Below are positions 62,001-64,000 of a DNA stretch of 64,000 nucleotides, piece after piece. Position numbers and translations under genes: made by a program. The DNA comes from an uncultured Eubacteriales bacterium (lineage in GTDB: Bacteria; Actinomycetota; Coriobacteriia; Anaerosomatales; JAAXUF01). Each line of letters starts with the position of its first letter. Positions within the stretch are counted from its first letter, which is position 1. The notes under the pieces were generated by a model that made no database searches, was not told the origin of the DNA, and saw only the letters and a list, made by a program, of their open reading frames with translations. Location of the stretch: assembly GCA_964541225.1 (NCBI GenBank), contig CAZIPN010000003.1:10007-74006 (forward strand), written 5' to 3'.

Positions 62001-62634
62001 CCTGTACGAGTTTGAGCGCGACACCAGCGCCTGCCAAGTCAGCAGACCCGCACGACGAGTCATCGAGTTTGGGATCGGCCACGGGTACGCCCGTTGGCAG
62101 CCGATCACCAGGTTCGTGATGGTCGGTTACCACAGTACGGACGCCCTTATCGGCTAAGAGCGCAATTTCGTCGGCCGCTGAGATACCGCAGTCGACGGTG
62201 ACGAGCAGATTCGGTCGCAGGGGCATGATCCGCTCTATCGCCGCAGCTGAAAGACCGTAGCCCTCGGTGAACCGGTGTGGAACCACCGCGGTTACCCGCG
62301 CGCCCATGGCTTGAAGGCCACGGGTGGCAACGGCCGCCGAGGATATGCCGTCGAGGTCAAAATCGCCAAACACGACGATATGTTCGCCGGCACGAACAGC
62401 CTCGGCAACAACTTCAGTAGCAGCGGCCATGCCAGGAATGCGCGTCGGATCGAGCCAATCGCGCTCCAGGCTCGGCGAGAAGAAGCGCTCAACCGCGTCC
62501 GGAGTGGCAATACCGCGTCCAACCAAGATGCGCGACGTTATGGCAGAGACGCCGGTCTGAGCACGTATTCTCTCAACAAGCGCTTCATCCGCAGCGACGA
62601 GTGACCATGGGTTCTCTGGCAGCAGTCTTGTCAT
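59008..62634 (-). CDS. recJ: RecJ (DHH/DHHA1 ssDNA exonuclease) - HIRAN - RecQ-like SF2 helicase fusion protein
   Basis: The N-terminal ~570 aa is RecJ (GDFDLDGISS, TVDCG, VVTDHHEPG, GGHAAAVG, OB-fold region). The HIRAN block is FHTKLAGVTFEGRQEVL...LERQPENQFDTNACALFDPQGDQVGFLNRRLAAAL. The helicase has ATGRGKS, DEAH, TATA and QMSGRAGRDG. The start is set at MTRLLPEN (ATG at 62634) to avoid overlap with secF. Confidence 0.85.
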   Translation of the reverse strand: MTRLLPENPWSLVAADEALVERIRAQTGVSAITSRILVGRGIATPDAVERFFSPSLERDWLDPTRIPGMAAATEVVAEAVRAGEHIVVFGDFDLDGISSAAVATRGLQAMGARVTAVVPHRFTEGYGLSAAAIERIMPLRPNLLVTVDCGISAADEIALLADKGVRTVVTDHHEPGDRLPTGVPVADPKLDDSSCGSADLAGAGVALKLVQAVGERLGFPEVWRDLTDLATLGTVADIVPLTSENRALVADGVARMRMQPRVAIAALAAVAGTALDSFTTDSVAFALAPRMNAAGRMADPQVALDLLLTDDPVLAESLSRSLDELNRTRQATEADLSEAASAMADRIYSGQRALVLAGEGWHEGVKGIVASRLAARFKVPVLLFAIDDGVASGSGRSVGSVDLFRALESCSDVLTRFGGHAAAVGCALPAENLDRFTEHLLKHLDALPAEQFRVERSVDALVDLSDIGVEMATELSQLEPFGHGNRRPVLAVGGVFMNGRQRVGKLANHLRFTAFDGAVSVQAIAFRCPEIDRMAGHEAAVDLAFSVSVDEWRGRRRVQMRIEDAVAHEPSEDAPAHDLIEDLFSRADEILAREEYAGIGDAPSFHTKLAGVTFEGRQEVLVRVSAGTPLRLERQPENQFDTNACALFDPQGDQVGFLNRRLAAALAPTIDAGVGYDVEVTEVTGGADGQSLGVNVLLTRRDTADTQDERAAVRARRRAELAALDAAALDAELVRCFLGERSLHVAQTQALSHLAAGESTLTVMATGRGKSLIFHLHAARIALRHARASVFVYPLRALVSDQAHHLEEDFAEVGLTVRTITGESSQAERDQAFADLRDGTLDVALTTPEFLHLYAGRFAESGRVGFLVIDEAHHVGLSRAGNRPAYARLGETLEPLGNPTVLAVTATADDAAAQAIRSSLKISAVVLDPTVRENLVVEDRRDVANREAYVEEIVSRGEKTVVYVNSREQTVRLARRLRKHVPHLAMRTAFYNGGMGRSMRHAVERAFRAGEISVIIATSAFGEGVNVPDIRNVVLFHMPFSSVEFNQMSGRAGRDGAVARIHLLFGGKDARINESILSSLAPERDDMAALYVVLRDVAAAEGRLFEITNAELAERCKRVRRSCQLDERGVSSALGILRDLGFVAGEGHGSYRRLSFTPSEQKVNLDESLRYAEGKDEIAEFRGFKAWVLSAEADELLARFNRPILPAV

Positions 62635-62707
62635 GGATGCATAGTAGCCGAGGGGGCTGACACAAGAGTGCCAGCCCCGCAGGACGCTTCCGCTGCGGGC
62701 ACGTCGC

Positions 62708-63619
62708 CTACGACGCGTTCGCGTACTTCTTGGCGAGCGCCTTGTACTTTGGCTCGGTTTCTTTCCAGATGGCAAAGATGGGCGCGGCAACCCCGATGGA
62801 CGAATAGGCTCCGGACGCCAGACCAATCACAAGCGCCAGCGCGTAGTCCTTGAGCGTCACTCCGCCGAAGATCAGCAGTACGACGACGGGAATCAGCGAC
62901 GTCAGCGACGTGTTTATGGATCGCATGAGCACCTGGTTGACCGACTCGTTCGCCATGCTCATGAAGGACTGCTTCACCAGCCCTGCCGAGTTCTCCTTCA
63001 TGCGATGGAACACGACGATCGTGTCGTAGAGCGAGTATCCGAGAATCGCCAGGAGCGCAGCCACGACGTTCGGCGAGACTTCCCATCCAACCAGAGCGTA
63101 GAGTCCGAGCGTGATCAAGATGTCGTGGACGAGCGCGACGATCGCGGTCACGGACATCTTGTATTCGAATCGGATCGACACGTACAGCAGAATCGCCAGG
63201 ATCGAAACCGCGAGCGCCACCAGCGAGCTGCTGGTGATGTTCTTGCCCCACTCCGGACCAATGGTCGTGACCTGGAAGCCGTCCGAAGGAAGCCCCACCT
63301 CGCTAGAGGCCTTCGCGGCCGCGGTGTTGGCGATCGCCGCACTCGTCTCACTACTTCGGACGATGTAGCCGCGCACGCCTCTGACAGTCGACTGCTGAAC
63401 CTGCACATTGGCAAGCCCCGCCTTCTTGAAGGCCTGACTCATCTGCGCCTGTGTGACACTGCCGGACTTGGAGACATTGACGACCGTTCCGCCTTCGAAT
63501 TCAACTCCGAACTTCAACCCACGAACAGCGAGGGCACCGATGGCCACGACAATGAGAACAGCGGAGACAATGAACATGATGTTGCGATTGCCCATGAAGT
63601 TGACGTTGAACTTATGCAT
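62708..63619 (-). CDS. secF: Protein translocase subunit SecF
   Basis: MHKFNVNFMGNRNIMFIVSAVLIVVAIGAL, GGT domain and C-terminal TM bundle fit the SecF pattern. 8-nt overlap with the secD end. Confidence 0.9.
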   Translation of the reverse strand: MHKFNVNFMGNRNIMFIVSAVLIVVAIGALAVRGLKFGVEFEGGTVVNVSKSGSVTQAQMSQAFKKAGLANVQVQQSTVRGVRGYIVRSSETSAAIANTAAAKASSEVGLPSDGFQVTTIGPEWGKNITSSSLVALAVSILAILLYVSIRFEYKMSVTAIVALVHDILITLGLYALVGWEVSPNVVAALLAILGYSLYDTIVVFHRMKENSAGLVKQSFMSMANESVNQVLMRSINTSLTSLIPVVVLLIFGGVTLKDYALALVIGLASGAYSSIGVAAPIFAIWKETEPKYKALAKKYANAS

Positions 63620-64000
63620 GCGAGGCACCGCCCTTCTTGCCAGTCGTCGCTCGCGCGGCGATCGCCTCTGGAGGTATCCCCCACAGCGCCGGAGACTTGG
63701 CAATCAGCGTCTCGCCCAGAAGCATGATGAGTGGTCGGCTGAACAGCAGCATCATGACCAGGTCGCACGCAATGCCGAGCATGAGCGTGAGCGCGAAGCC
63801 CTTCACGGGACCAACGGCGATCGCGAAAAGCGCCAGCGCCGACACGAAGGTCACGATGTCTGCGTCTGCGCTGGTGATGATCGCATGCCGCGTTCCGGAC
63901 GCGGCAGCAGAACGCACCGTCTTCCCAAAGCCGATCTCCTCACGAAAGCGTTCGTTGATGAGAATGGATGAGTCGGCCGCCAGACCAATCGTCAGCACGA
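63612..64000 (-). CDS. secD: Protein translocase subunit SecD, 3' end only (gene starts beyond window end)
   Basis: The open frame runs to the window edge. The C-terminal TM region is LTIGLAADSSILINERFREE...GFALTLMLGIACDLVMMLLFSRP, and secF follows. Confidence 0.85.
   Translation of the reverse strand, partial: VLTIGLAADSSILINERFREEIGFGKTVRSAAASGTRHAIITSADADIVTFVSALALFAIAVGPVKGFALTLMLGIACDLVMMLLFSRPLIMLLGETLIAKSPALWGIPPEAIAARATTGKKGGASHA

Noticed and set aside
1-64000. A search for mobile elements, prophage, defence islands, tRNA/rRNA and CRISPR.
   Set aside because: I recognised no integrase, transposase, recombinase, terminal inverted repeats, cas, restriction-modification or toxin-antitoxin signatures in any frame. 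No cloverleaf-like or rRNA-like non-coding stretch is present, and the longest intergenic gap is ~400 nt.

Overview
This is a visibly GC-rich 64-kb bacterial chromosomal segment. Every gene I can support (56 CDS, two cut by the window edges) lies on the minus strand. The long plus-strand ORFs in the track are antisense shadows of those genes. The backbone is housekeeping synteny typical of monoderm (Bacillota-like) genomes: secD/secF-recJ-relA-hisS-aspS-rarA ... alaS-ruvX-mltG ... yqeG-aroE ... aroC-aroK-aroB-aroQ ... pepP-efp-(biotin carboxylase + carboxyltransferase/BCCP)-asp23-nusB-xseB-dxs-tlyA-nadK-recN. The source is probably a high-GC monoderm, but the phylum cannot be fixed from this sequence alone. 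Six things are embedded in the backbone. (1) A ~23-kb type IV pilus locus (10.1-33.0 kb) has two PilB-type ATPases, PilC, PilD, two short-leader pilins, PilM/N/O, a PilP-like gene and a three-gene minor-pilin operon. The shikimate operon splits it, and no secretin or PilT is present in the window. (2) Between the two pilB genes sits a four-gene cassette, which is my top candidate for an uncharacterised regulatory system. It encodes a Roadblock/LC7 protein, a DUF4388/PATAN protein with MshEN-like motifs and a ~500-aa acidic low-complexity region, a CvnD/MglA-like small GTPase, and a proline-rich membrane protein. (3) An 894-aa secreted multihaem cytochrome c carries 13 CxxCH plus 2 variant motifs, with FN3 and Ig-like modules. 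(4) A 950-aa secreted protein combines NIDO, HYR and FN3 domains. (5) A 1208-aa protein fuses RecJ, HIRAN and a RecQ-like helicase. (6) An RsbW-like anti-sigma factor with degenerate ATP-binding motifs lies next to a SigB/F-type sigma factor. Three near-consensus CRP/FNR-type sites (GTGAC-N4-GTCAC) sit in three pil intergenic regions. I recognised no rRNA, tRNA, CRISPR array, transposase, integrase or phage genes.
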